From Hydrurus foetidus (lineage: Eukaryota), in NCBI GenBank assembly GCA_900617105.1, contig UYFQ01000373.1, positions 1 to 64,000 of the forward strand: DNA of 64,000 nucleotides, written 5' to 3'. The notes beneath the pieces are model-generated. The model did not search any database, was not told where the DNA came from, and saw nothing but the letters and a program-made list of their open reading frames with translations. Numbering within the stretch: the stretch's first letter is position 1; every line of letters begins with the position of its first letter. The position numbers and the translations under genes are program-made. This document shows, piece after piece, positions 38,638 through 53,000 of the stretch.

Positions 38638-41632
38638 ATGCTTACATCAGACAACGATGTCGATACTCTGTTCGAGGATCAGAAAGCATCAGATCATCCA
38701 ATTCTTCAAGCTTCACGTGAAATTCTATCAGAGTCGATTACATCTCAGACCGATGCGACAGAGAAGCACCGTCCTAGAGTCCACAACAGTGAGATACAAC
38801 GACTAGAGCGAGAGCAAATGTACCAGGATCAAACAATGAGGGACGACTACTTTCTAGATGCTGCTGACTATGACAATGCCGATAAGAACGACTTCACGAT
38901 GCTGGAAATTGGAGAAGGTCTGTCAAAATGTTATTCCCATGAGATTTGGTCGAGTGTTGGTTCAATAGAAGTGCTGTCTGACGTCTGATCTGTCATAACT
39001 GCCCGCTCAATCTTGTTCAGTCCATCAATACTTCAGCATTAATGAGAGCGACTTTGCCAATATGGTTCTAGCAAGCATTCTATCTAATTTAGACATTGTG
39101 GAGGATGATAGTTCAGGTTTCCATGTAAAAGATGAATTGTCAAATGCAGTCAAGTGGCTTCACAAATTGATTTTCATTTTTGGTTTTTGAGTTAAAAGAC
39201 TGTTTCTATCAAGATGATATATTAAAAAAAATATTCATCAGAGTCATCAATAAGATCGCAAATTAGTCAATGTCACAGTGAATTAGTTTAACTTTAGTGA
39301 GGAGAGTGTAAAATTGAAAGTTTAGGTGTCGAGTCTGATACATTGTTTATTTTACCAAAACAAAGTAAAATGTCGGAAATACAGACTGCAAACTGTTTAG
39401 TTTGAACACTGTCGAAATTGCTATTTTCCTTCTATCTCGACTACGTGTGCATTATCGTACAATTTATTCTGTTTTGATAATATTTATTTACTTGATTTCA
39501 AAGGGATGTGTGCATCTATGTATGTGAAGATTTGTGTTTGGTTCTGTACATGTGTGATAATATGTGTGTGTACAACTGTTTAATTGCGTATTAAAATGTA
39601 CATAAATGTTTACACTCATGTTATTACGCGTGAATGAAAATGTGTCAGCTCATAAAATGATTATGATGACTACAATAACGCAACACTAAATAACTCAACA
39701 TCAACACATAACTCATCAAAATAAAAAATAATAAAAAAAACTTGCACTTTAACGAACAGAATCAAAGAAGGACACAAATTCAAAATTTCAAGAAGTTTCC
39801 TCTTTTAGAGACATTCCATTCGAATCAGAAATAATGAAAAAGTTTATTTCATATCAGAAACCGGAAATTTTACCCGGTACAAGTTTAGAAAATTTAACGT
39901 ATAAATGTTCTGATATTTTCCCGGAATGGATCACTTCAAATAATGAATGGAAAGGGGCCAAAAAAGTGTCCGCAGGAAGTGTTGCTGATTTTTTGTCCAG
40001 GTAAAAACTTTTATTTCAATCAATTTATATTAGCAGTTATTGGGATCTTCTTGTAGCTTGTTTGGCTGATATTGTGTCATTAATGTTGTTCCTAACGGTC
40101 ATTTTTGATTACGAAAGTTTGATATTTCAGTTTTATATTTTGATTCGAGAATACCTATTTTTTGTGCATTATTTGATTTCACTTGTCCTTTTTTTTATTT
40201 TGAATTTGGTCCTGAATTCTTTCGTTTTTATCTGTGCAATACTCTTATTCATTCCACTTCCTCTCCACTCCCTCCTTTCCTCCACTCCCTCCTCCTCCTC
40301 CTCCACTTCTCCTCCCTCCCTCCTCCTCACACACACACTCACACGTATGTACTGGACATACTCAGGCCAGTCGGTCAGCGGTCTCTGGACCAAAACGCAT
40401 CAATCACCGCTTTCATCATGTCTGCCTGGGAAGCAGCCAATTTGCTGGTGATTCAGATTAGTTGATGATTATTATTATGTACTCGTATCTTACCTGTACA
40501 ATAATTTTAGTTATTTTACTTATCATGCAGACTGGAAATTGTGCCCGTATTTTAGTTTTTATTTCCATTTTCTTTTGCCTCCTTTATTTCTACTTTTTTA
40601 TTTCCTTTATATCGTTTTGTTTCTCTTATCTTATCTTATCTTATCTTATCTTATCTTATCTTATCTTATCTTATCTTATCTTATCTTATCTTATCTTATC
40701 TTATCTTATCTCATCCCACCGTATCTCATCCCACCGTATCTTATCACTTACGTGCGTATATTTAATTTTCTGCAGGGTGCCAAACGCACCACACAGCTCT
40801 TCAAAGATTTCAAATTCGTAACACACGAACCAGGTACGGCTAAGCACGAACTCAACAACATGTTGTCGAAGTCAAAACAAAACAACACTTTTGAGGGTAT
40901 TCTTGAATCATGTCTGACGAATATAGAGTGACTTGCTTTGTTCTCAGCAGTCATTTTTGGAGTACGAAAATGTGATATTTTTGTTTCCTTGTGACTTCAA
41001 CGATACATATGGGATGTGTGACTGAAACGCTTACTCCCCTTTCCCATGCTTTGTTTGTTCTTATTTGCTGGTGTCTTATCACATTTGGCTTCAACTGACA
41101 ATTTCAATACAAGTTAATATTGCACTTGAAAAACTTAGAATTTGTTCTTAAATTTAACACTAAATTCAATTTAAAATACAAATTGTGTTTCAAATTTCAA
41201 ATGAAATATAAAAAATAAATTGAAATATTATATTGTGATGCTTTTAGGTGATAAAATTGTGACAGCTGGTGAGGTGGGAATGTTCCTATACGTAATAGTG
41301 TCGGGCAATGTGCAGTTACAAGCACTTCGATCAGATTTCAGTCATTCAGGCGCTGCCTTCACTAATGGGAATAATACTGCAAGCGTGTCGAGAGATGATG
41401 ATGGTAAGTACATTTGATGCTATTTTCTTGATTTTGCTGTTTTTTTTTTCACATAACTTCTTTGATAAAGAGTTATGATTGTAATGGTGATTAAAATGAT
41501 GATAATGATAATAATGATTATGATGATTATAATGATAATAATGATAATAATGATTATAATAATAATGATTATAATAATAATGATTATAATAATAATAATA
41601 ATGATAATAATAATAATTATAATAATAATGAT

Positions 41633-41703
<71 letters not shown>

Positions 41704-44700
41704 TTATAATGATAATTATGATTATGATGATTATAATAATAATAATGATATAAATGATAATAATGACAATAATGATTATGATGATAATTATGATTATAAT
41801 AATAATAATTATAATGATAATAATGATGATTATAATCATGATTATAATGATAATGATTATAATGATAATGATGATTATAATAATAATAATTATAATGATA
41901 ATGATGATAATGATAATATGATAATAATTATAATGATAATAATGATGATTATAATAATAATTATAATGATAATAATGATGATTATAATGATAATGATTAT
42001 AATGATAATGATGATTATAATAATAATAATTATAATGATAATGATAATAATGATAATAATAATAATCATAATCATTATTATTAATTATAATGATTATAAT
42101 AATTGCGATTATGACAATAGATAACAGTGAATGTGAAATACATCCAAATATTCGCTACCCTCAACTGCCTTGTGCAAGAACGTACGTACGTACGTCCCCT
42201 ACACTGAATACAAAACACTGAACATCTATTTCCTAGAGTAGTTGCAAATAAGCAATCAACTTTTCTTTCGAATACAACGACAAAATTACAATTAACAACA
42301 TTACTATTTTCTCTCACTTGTACCGTACCATACCGTACGTACTGTAGTTACACTCCCAGATGTACAGAGTACTGGTACGTTAAAAGTCCGTACGGGTACG
42401 GGTGCCCCCCATTTACCCCAGGGCATTCCGAATGTTGACCCACAGTCTGTTATTGCCGCACTAGAAAAAAATGTTTCGAAAAATAATTCCAAAAATACTC
42501 CGAAAATTTTGCCGAAATCAGTGAAAGAAAAAATGAAAAATTCAATACCAAAGAAAGTTTTAAATTTGATAAAAAGAAAATCTCGGACTATTTCTGATGA
42601 TGTTTCAGACGATTTGGTGCATTATTCGGAATTAAATAATGGTCGTATGATAAATGGGTTTTCATCAACTTACATATCATCAGCTCATTCCAATTTATCA
42701 TCAAGTCTTGATAGGCACAGTACAGATAAAAGTATTGATACAAATGATCATAATGATGGTATTAATAATAATGCCGTTGTAAATAGTGATATTGGTCAAA
42801 GTAACACTAAAAATAAAATGGAGAATTGTAATAAAGAAAAAGACTCGGATGGTAATGAAAATAAAACAAACAATTATAATAACAATAATAACGATAGAAG
42901 CACTGAAAACAGTGCAAAAAATAGCAACAAAAATAAAAACAACAACAACTTCAGTGATAAGGATGAAATTGAAAACTGTGAAATTGATGAAATCGGTGAA
43001 AATGGTGAGAACGATAATTTTTCTACACAATCTTCATCTAAGTATGATGGAGATAAAATTTCAACATTTAAAAAAGTTCAAAAAAATGGAATCGATTTTT
43101 TGATCAAAACCGTAGGCAGGGGGAAATGTTTCCGTGAAAAAGTTTTGACACAAGGTATGAATACAAGAGCAGTAGTGAATGACTTAGGCCACAATTCACA
43201 ATTCACGGGAACGATAGACGTCTCCGATAAAATTTTACGATAGAGTGTTTTCACGGTTTTCAATTCATTCTGTCGGATTCTATCGTAAAAAAAGGGCCAC
43301 CGAACACGAAATACGGTAGAATTCATTGAAAACCGTGAAAACACTCTATCGTAAATTTTTATCGGAGACGTCTATCGTTCCCGTGAAATGTGGCCTAAGT
43401 CATTCACTATGAATCATCATGACGTCAAGGCATGACAGACTGTTTTTATTTAGAACCCTACCCCCCCCCCCCATCCCTTCCCCCCATCCCAGCAACACGT
43501 AGCTCCATTTCAATCACTTTGTACAATTTTTATGAATACTGTGAAGTCGACAATTAGATTTTGTCAATTATTCGAAGTCTACTAGACACAGAAATGATCT
43601 CCAGCGAACAATGAGAATACAGTGTTTGTGCAAACGGAAATATGATAACCGGCTGGAACCCCAGGGTTCGGAGATTTACCCCTTCAAATTCCAAATTTCA
43701 AATTTTAAATTTTCGCCTCAAATTGAGGGATCTCGGATATCCGAGTTATTTCCGTTTGCGCAAATACTCTAATACACTAAGAATCTAACTTATCCATCAT
43801 ACTTCAAGAAGCATTTTTGATCAATGTATTATGTGTGTCATACTCTTATCTCAATTTCTTTTTTTTAGGCACCATAATATCTCCTTACACTGCAACGGCA
43901 ATTTCGAAAGTTGAATTGCTAACACTGCACAAATCAGACTACGATATCTTTATGAAGGAAATTAGGTCATCAGAAAGAAGGTGAGAAATAACCCTATTTC
44001 AAGCGGATTTCACCAGTTAATTATTTGGCCGTAACTGTTTTACACATAAACATACAAATATTTTTTGAATATTTTTTTTTCACAGTGTTGCAGCTGTTCT
44101 TTTTTTATTATTTAAATTCTATTACTAGAAATAACTGTGATTTTTTTTCATATCATCATCATATTACAATAATATGATTTAATTATAAAATTTTTTTTTT
44201 CCTATTATCAGGGAGATATTTATGGTGTTACGTGATAATTTTTTATTCGAGAATTGGTCAAGATTAAAACTTGAAAAGTTGACCAATTTGTGCAACAAAA
44301 GAATCTTCGAAGAGGGTGAATATCTATTCCGACAGGTATGAAAATAGGATAAAAAATCTTGTGATGTTGTGCAGTGTGTTATTATCGGAATCATAACTAT
44401 TAACTGAACAGGAATACCACTTTTTGTACTTGAAAATGACCGCTGAGAACAACGATTCCCACTCCATATTCGTCAAATATGCTTCAAGAAAATCATCTAC
44501 AGTGCTATTTTGTTTTGACTCGAACAATAAGTGTCAATAACATACCACGCTTTTCGTGATATGAGGCGTTACACTATCGTCCATTTCTCCTCTTTTTTTC
44601 TCTCTCTTTTCCTTCCCTTTTTTTCTCATTTTGACGTGTTAATATTTTCACTTCCATGCATCCAATTTTTTTTGTGATATTACATCTATTCAAATTTATT

Positions 44701-47700
44701 TTCGCTTCCTTAATAATGGTCCTTCTTCATCTCCTCATTTCCTTTTATGATGTCCCGAAAAACTGTTCCTTTTTATACAGGGTGATAAACCGGACATGCT
44801 TTACATTTTATTAGGAGGCCATTTAAGTCTAGTAAAAGAAATTCAATTAATATGCCGCAACGCGTGGCCAACGACACACACAGAAAGAGAAGAGCTAGTA
44901 CGCACGAAAACAAAAAGAATTCTATTGAGAACTTTATCAGAGTAAGTCTTATTTTGTTTGTATTTCAAAAATAACAATTACACTTTTTACACTTTGTTCT
45001 GCTCTAGTTTATGGTATAAATTTGATTCGATTTTGCCACTTTCTTTTTTATTTCTTTATTTGATTATTCATTCATTCACTCATTTATCTATCTGGTTATT
45101 AATTGTAACTTCCGTGCTTTTTTTCCACGGTTCCTACCGCTTATTCATGACATCTCATTGACGCATTTAGAAAAGGAACATATTTCGGGGAAGTTTCCAT
45201 CATCCGAGATACCACCAGAACAATTTCTATAATAGCAAAAACAAAGTAAGTGCATCTAATTCTGTTACTGTTTTCTACAAGCAAATTTTTTTAATTTTTT
45301 TTATTCAATCTTTTTCATCTTTTAAACTTTTCATGATTTCAATTTTCTATAGGAAATTAATTTTTTCCCTTTGATAAAAAATAGAAGCTTCAGATTCTTC
45401 TCCACCCTTTCTTCTCTCTCATTTCTCTTTTTGATCAATTCTTTGTTCTTGTTTCTTTTTCTTCCTTCTACCCTCTTCTCATCTTTCTCTTTTATCAAAT
45501 TTCCGTGTTTTTTAAGGGTCACGGTAATATCAATCGACAAAGAAGTGTTTTTGAATATGATAGATTCAGACAAAATAGTATCATTAAATTCACTAGTTGA
45601 ACACACTGATATAAGTGTATTAAAAAATATTTTACACGTAAGTGGAGGACCGTCCAGTTTAGCAAGTACAGGAAAAACAGTCGTATATCCAAATAAAAAA
45701 GAACCAATAAAATATCATAAAGTTGGATTTATTAAGCCTAAAATTCAAAATAAATTGATGTTGAATTTTGTACCTAAAAAAATTCCTAATTTAGAAAATT
45801 CAATTGGAAGCAAAGGTGACAACATTTTTATCATTTATTTCATTTTATTTTATTTTATTTTTTATCTTGATTTTGATTTATATTCATTTTGTTCTAATTT
45901 GTTTTCATTTCATTTTGTTTTATTTTATTTCATTTATTTTTATTTTTCAACTATTTTTTTATTTCTATCCGATTCTATTTGACATTCCGAAAAAATGAGT
46001 AATGAAAACTATTGTCGAGGCCATCCATTTTTTAATTTATTTAATTAATTGTCATCACGATTATCACAACATTTTTTCAAATTAGAATTAAAGATAAGAA
46101 AAACTTCTCTGTCTTCACGAGGACCAAATAATGGAGGTCTGTACCAAATAAATTGTAAACTATCTTCTAAAAAACTTAAATCAAATATAGACGAAATCAA
46201 TTAGATCGAATTGAATCGGTCATTTTGTTTTTCATTGTAATTATTTTGTCACAAGCTCCTGACTTTTTATCATTATCAATCTTTGGTTTCTCTTCTCACC
46301 AATTCTATACAGGGCTTAAAAATCTTGGAATTCAACAGACCCAAAGTCAAAGTTCCTCTTTTCATTCCGGTTCCAAGACAGGTGAGGGATGGATTTTATT
46401 TTCTCTCTTTTTTCATTTCATTTTAGTTTTTATTTCTCTTTATTTTTTTATTTCACTTTGTCTCATCATCGTTTTTGAATATGCAGTCAACTATTTGAAT
46501 GTTACAATCTTACGCTGTATTTATTGATTTCTTATTTTTTGAATGTTATTTTTTCATTTATTAAATGATTTAATTTTGCTTTTACTATTGCACACAGAAT
46601 ACCCTTTTAAATGATCTCATATTATCTGATCTCACTTTATTTCATATCATCTTATCTTATCTTATCCCTATGCACATACTATAATTAATTTTTCCGATTT
46701 CACGTGATTCTGCGATGAAATCCAAGTTCAATTTTTACTTTTTAAAAGTTTTCTAATTTCACTCACAATTCATCGCCATCCTAAATAATACCGTACTAAA
46801 TTATGCCATACTAAATAACGCCGTACTAAAAAATCACAGATCGTCAATCAGATTGTAAGAGGGATATGGATAATTTGATAAACCAGCTCCAATACGGTCA
46901 ATTCAAGACTAATATCAACACGGAATACAACAGTCGAAATAACAATTTTCAAAATGGCAAAGTCATCGATAATTATCATAATTTCAATTTACCACGTCAG
47001 CGTTTGTACACTACTGGTAGCACACATAAAAGGTACGATTCCGTGTCAAATTTAGTCGCCAAATAATGATTTTCTCTGCTGCAAATTATTGTCTTATTTC
47101 TCAGTTCTATATTTAATTCAACTTATAACAATTTTCTGAACATTTATTTCTCAGCCTTTTTCTGTAATCTTTATTTGAATCACGGGATAAATTTTTGATG
47201 GTTCTTCCGTTTATTAGATGATGATGACAGTAACGCATAGCGATATTTACTCCGATACGTTAAGAAAACAATTCTTACTTTAATATCATTACTTATAACA
47301 TTGTTTTTTCCAATGCCAATAAGAAAAATAAGTGTTAAATAAAATCCGTCAAGAAAAATAATAATTGACGCTTATCATATTTTAAAATTTTCAAATTAAT
47401 ATTCTACACCGAACATTGATGAATTCATTTATTTCAATTTTGTTTTTCTTTTTTCCAGGATAACATTTGGGGATGACAGAGGGTTTCGAAATGTCCAACA
47501 CCATATTTCGCCTCCTTTGCTGTCCACTGTCCCTCCTCCTCTTCCCTCTAACAAACGCACACAATTCCAAACACCCTCACATACGAATACGAAACACGAA
47601 AATTTGAATATAACGAAACACGAATCCAGAAATTTCACGGATTTTGAAGATACCAATCTTAACACTACGAACACTACCTCTTCTTCTACCTCTTCTTCTT

Positions 47701-48872
47701 CCTTTCCTAACACACCACACACATCTACACTGCCACCTGTTGCGTCTAGAGAATTGTCTAATACAAATAAAAACGAAAAGAATAAAAAATTTACACAAAA
47801 CAACCATCATAATAGGGCATCGAATTTCCGTGATTTTCACTGCGTAAATGATGATAACGGATTTGATTATAACGGATTAATGAGTGATATTGGTGATGAT
47901 GCAATTATTGAAGGCAAAAATAATTTGTTTAATTTCGGAGCTGTAGTTTTCGGGTAAGCACAATAATAATGATAATTATTCGTATTTAATTTGATGATTA
48001 TTTAGTATTGTTAAGTGTAATTATAAAAGTTGAAAGATATCACTACTCGTAACTTCGTAACTGTGATTGTTGAGGTAGTGATGACGGACCACATTTGTTT
48101 CCTATTTGTTTTGTGATGTTGTTTCTTGTTTTTTATTATTTGATTTGCTTTTCTGGTGTTGCCACTCTCGACCATCTTCGCTACACCAAATCTTCAATTA
48201 ATCAATCTTCATGTCTTTTCATCACATCTATACTTTCCTCCTACGTTTCATTTCTACGGTAGACTGTTTTTCAATTACATTACCCGCACAATTTTTCATT
48301 CTTTTATGCACGTACATACGTACAGTCCTATCCAACTTCCGCCAAAGAAAATGGATCCACGATATCGCTTTCAGTCTATCGAATCGGAGAAAAAAGAGGT
48401 AAATTCTATCCCTGAAAAAAGAAGGATAGACCTGATTCTGAGAGACTCAAAAATCAAAAATTTGTTTCTTGCAATCATGTATTTTTCAAGATCTAATTAT
48501 TTTACTTTCTGTACAATTTTTTCTCAGCCTTTGGTCGGCGTGGTAACGAGTGTAAACCGCACACACAACAGAATAGCACACACGAGCGCTCAGTCATCCC
48601 AACGCTCCTCTTCCTCTACTGCATCGCATTCTTCATCTCATTCTTTGAACAACACTTCGAATAATGCCTCCTCTCAATCCTCTCATCTTCCTCCTTCTAT
48701 TTCTATTTCTATTCCAATTCATTCCTCTTCTTCTCCCTCCTCCCCTTCTTCTTCCTCTCCCTCCCCCTCTCATGTATCATCTCCCTCTAACTCTCCTTTT
48801 CACTCCCCTCATACGTCTGCACACAACTCACCACTAAGAATCAGAAAAGGCATTGCTGAAAATAGAAAATAG
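38638..48872 (+). CDS. Cyclic nucleotide-binding domain protein (two CNB-like domains, long low-complexity regions), many exons
   Basis: Exons give GDKIVTAGEVGMFLYVIVSGNV, YTATAISKVELLTLHKSDY, FEEGEYLFRQGDKPDMLYILLGG, YFGEVSIIRDTTRTISIIAKTK, VTVISIDKEVF, and a Ser/Pro-rich last exon. Start and some internal exons are uncertain. Confidence 0.75.
40624..40710. repeat. (TCTTA)n microsatellite
   Basis: Directly visible. Confidence 0.95.
41474..42112. repeat. Compound (ATA/ATG/ATT)n trinucleotide tract, intronic
   Basis: Directly visible ~640-bp tract; it generates the poly-Ile ORFs in the track. Confidence 0.95.
43173..43409. mobile_element. Near-perfect palindromic MITE-like element (~90-bp arms, TA-bounded)
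   Basis: TAGTGAATGACTTAGGCCACA...GGGAACGATAGACGTCTCCGATAAAA...TTTTCAAT is mirrored by ATTGAAAACCGTGAAAACACTCTATCG...TGTGGCCTAAGTCATTCACTA. Confidence 0.85.
43618..43771. mobile_element. Tc1/mariner-type MITE with ~25-bp TIRs
   Basis: TA-CAGTGTTTGTGCAAACGGAAATA ... TATTTCCGTTTGCGCAAATACTC-TA; the left end begins CAGTG after TA. Confidence 0.7.
44380..44529. mobile_element. MITE-like family G, copy 1
   Basis: Shares the core AAAATGACCGCTGAGA.CAACGATTC.CACTC and TCAAGAAAATC with 59964-60104; degenerate TIRs TATTATCGGAATCATAAC / GTTTTGACTCGAACAATA. Confidence 0.65.
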
Positions 48873-50086
48873 AGACGATAGCGGAAAGCAACATCGACTG
48901 TATAATATACATTGACATTTTAATGACATTTTAATGTCCACTTGAGAATACATTCTTCTCTCTCGTAATTATTATTATTTGTTTTTGGAAATTTACAATA
49001 ACTATTGAGTCGCAATATACAAAACCAACGAATATTTCGTGTTTTGTTACTCGTCAAGTGCATATCTAACCATGTACATTTTTTAGTACTGCTTAATGTG
49101 AGGGTTATCAATTTCATTTATGAATATTCTATAGCCATTTGAGTTTTTTCTGTCACTCTAATTATCATTATAGAAACGATTATCGCTTTTGTCATTTATT
49201 CCTTTACATTTTTAACTTTAATTAAAAAATTGACGATTTGGTTCACTGTTGGTATTTAAATTTCGTGAAGAAAATGATTTTTTCCGTCAAATTGAGGAAA
49301 TTGCTTGTGGGTTCAACACGTTGTGGTGTATGAAATGCAGTCTAAAGAAAAAAAGTGTTACTAAATGAAGTGAAGTGAAACAGTGCTTTTGTACCGTAAT
49401 ACGGTACCTATCGGCTAAATTCGATTCGGTACTTCTGTACGTACGGGAATGGGATAGGGTAGGATGAGATGAGATCGGGTGCAGCACACCGCATGACACA
49501 TGACTTGATGTGATGCGACCGTAAATGTCGGCTAAGCAGCATCAGTTCATCAAGAAAACTATGTACTGCACTGCAGTAATGTGTGCTGTCAAGTTTACTT
49601 CGCTTCCTTGTTTCGCACACCCATTGACTCTACTGTACGTTTTTGGATCCAAGAGAAGAGAGGACTTCTGACAATCAGAAAGCGCAACTTACAACCATAA
49701 GATAACTTGAAATTCCGATGATAACATCTCACATTTGTACACACTTTCCTTCAGCTACGAGAGTAAAATATTGTCCCAACTATAATGAATACCCATACGC
49801 GAAATGGATAAAAGATTTCTTGGTTTAAATTCCAATCATAATTTGTCTTACGATGAGATAAATGATAATAGAAAACCTTTATTTACATGAGAAAAACTAA
49901 TTCTAAAAATTGAAAACAAGGAAGAAGTTACAGAATTGCATAAAAAATTTTATTTTCGAAAATAGAACTCAGTCCTCAAAATTTAATATTCGAAAATTCG
50001 AAAATTGATATAGCTACATTCAAAATGTCGAGATAAACGCCATTTTTATTTTACTTATATACACTCTAATGTGCGTTTTTCAGTTT

Positions 50087-53000
50087 TTAATTTTTGATGA
50101 GCATTTCTCTTTTTGGTCTTTTGCTACTACTAGACTGAGAGGATGAAGACGATTTACTTTTCTTTCCTCTTCCTTTTCCCTTCCCCTTCTCCTCTTCTTC
50201 TCCCCGATCTTCATCTTCGTCATCGTCAAAATTGCCGTCTTTATTATCATCTATATTTCTATCTGTATCACCTAAAATATATAAAGCAATCAACATGAGA
50301 TAAATAATTTTAACATGTAATTTTGAAATTTCGAAATGAGGAAGCCTTGGCAAAAATTTGCCGCAATGAGAATGTTAGATGAGGTTTACCGTTTTTGACG
50401 GTAACTTTCTGTTTCTTGTCTCCGGCACGTTTTGCTAATATTTCACACTGAAAAAAACCAAAAAAATCAAAAGTGCGTTAAGCAAATTTCATGTAGGAAT
50501 ATATATTTAAATTTCAGCAATGTAATAATGGTAAAAATACAATTGGAAAAATACGTTGAATATGATTTTTTAGTATACCTGTTCAATTGCATTTTTTGCA
50601 TGATATAGGGCGTCATTTCGATGAAGGAAACAATTGGGAGTGTTATTTTCTTTTAAATTTTTATCTTTTATCATTCCAGAAATAGTTCTGAGGTCCTTCA
50701 TCCCCAGTGATAGAACCTAATAATAAAAATAATAAAAATATTAGTAATAATTTATATAAATGTGATGTTTACAATGATAAAATTTATAGAAGAATTATGT
50801 AGACAATATATAGAAGGTAACATTTTAAATAGCAATACTGATTATAATCTTATCAACAATAATAACATTTGTAAAAATAATGATATTTACAATAATCATG
50901 TACTTTTTTGATCAAGCTCTAGAGATGTTTAGTGTGGAGTGGTAGTATGATAATGCACTACAGCAATAGAATTTTTTATTAAAAATTAGTGCATGATTAG
51001 TAAATAAATTCCTCAAATTGAAACGAAAAATTAATTGGATACAAAATTAGAATACAAAATTCGAGTACGAAATTTACGTACAAAATTTATATACAAAATT
51101 TGGATACGAATAATAACGTATATCATAAAAATAAAATAATGCAAAAACACTAAAAAAAATAAAACACGTACCATTTGTCTTTTTGGTATTGTTGAAAGAT
51201 AATTAGGATCGCCATGTTTTGCGATAACTGTTTTCTTGTCTTCCATCCATCCTTGAATAACTTCTTTCTCCTAACAGATTATAAGAAATCATAATCAATG
51301 ATAATATATATAATCAGTAATGATAAATAAATACAAACAAATAAATAAATGTTAATTAACGATCTATAATCCATTTTTGAGTATAATAGAAAAACATATT
51401 TGTATTACAAAGTTGTATCATAATACAGCGAAACAGTATATAGGCTGCAATTCACGGGAACGCTGAAATATTTTCCCATATAATCATTTTATGGTAAGGT
51501 CCCAAATCCACCCCAGACTAAACTACCCCTTTGTAGGTCGAAGAATTTTTTTCCACATGTTCTAAGGCAAAAAAATACATGGGAAATTTTTCTAGCATTG
51601 CCGTGAGTTGTATTTGTGATCTCTAACAGTCGATAAATGATGCAATTAAATATCGCTTTTGAAATGACGTATGCCATCGATTAAATGTTTCACTATCCGT
51701 TCTTCGTATATTGGCTTCATTTTGATTTAAATGAGAGTCAAAAAGATAAACAACGATTGATAATCACAAATACGTATGGACAGATTTATACATACGTATG
51801 TATAGATAGAAGGATTTGTTTTATTTTATTTTATTAAAACAATTCTTACCTTTATCAAAAATGCGAAATCGAAAAGATTTTCGATTGTCTGTACTGGGTC
51901 TTCAGGATCCACTGAAAAGAAATAAAAAAAGAAGAAAAGTGAAAGAAAAAGAAATAAAAAAAGAGTGGAGAGTACATGAGTGTGATAGACAGTAATATGA
52001 ATGCACTTTCGAAAAATATTCTTCTCTATGGAGACATTCAACGAAGACAATCGAAATTGAGAAAAAACTTGGCAGAAAAGAAGGCTCAAAAGAGCAAAAA
52101 ATGTAAAATGAAAATGAAAATGTAAAAAATTCCTGTGTAAAAATGAGAATTGATCGACAGTATATTACCTAGTCGAGAGAGGAGATCAAACGACTGAGAT
52201 TCCTCGTCATCATCTTTTTTTTTCTTGTTGCCACTACGTCACGGAATATGAAGATTGAATTTAAAATGTTCTATGATGATATGATGTGTATTGCATTATG
52301 AATAATATGTGTAAAAAAAAGAAAAATTGTGGATGTAACGTACAATTGAAGTACAAAACAATTTAATTGTACTGTAAAACACATCATAAAATATTGCCAC
52401 ATGTTATACGTGGTAGAGACAATTTAAAACAACAATCTCTACAATGCATAAATTGTATTGAAAAAACACGATATTCCTAATTCATGAAAGACAGTTTATT
52501 CCTCATAACTTTTTCTGTGCACAACAATATCCGTGGTAACAGACTAAGAAAATGGCATACTGAAATTCAATAAAATTACCTTGCGAATGAATTGGGGTAA
52601 CAGAGAGAAAGTACGTATTTCTTCAAAACCTGAATTCTTTCATTTGTGGCCTCATCATCCTAGATCCAAAAAAACAAAAGTGTTATTCTAGGACGAAAAA
52701 AAGATAAAAATGATAAAAAAGAAAGAAAAAAAATGATAAGTGTAAAATGGATAGAATAAAAAAAAAGGAAAGTAAATGAGTTCAAATAAGCTGCATTGCT
52801 GTGTTGAGTTGTTGTTATTTGTTGTGCTAATACCAATTAAGAACAATTCGAAATTAAAACAAAAATAAAATCAACTTTTCTGGTGATGCAAAAAATCAAA
52901 AAACTCAATACAACAGAACAGTAATTACGAGAAATCAATGAAATTAGTAAAATGAGAAAGTGCTTGAATCAAGGAACATTTGCATTAAAACTGCAACGCA

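Noticed and set aside
41420..42124. Poly-Ile/Met ORFs
   Set aside because: Artefacts of the intronic trinucleotide tract.
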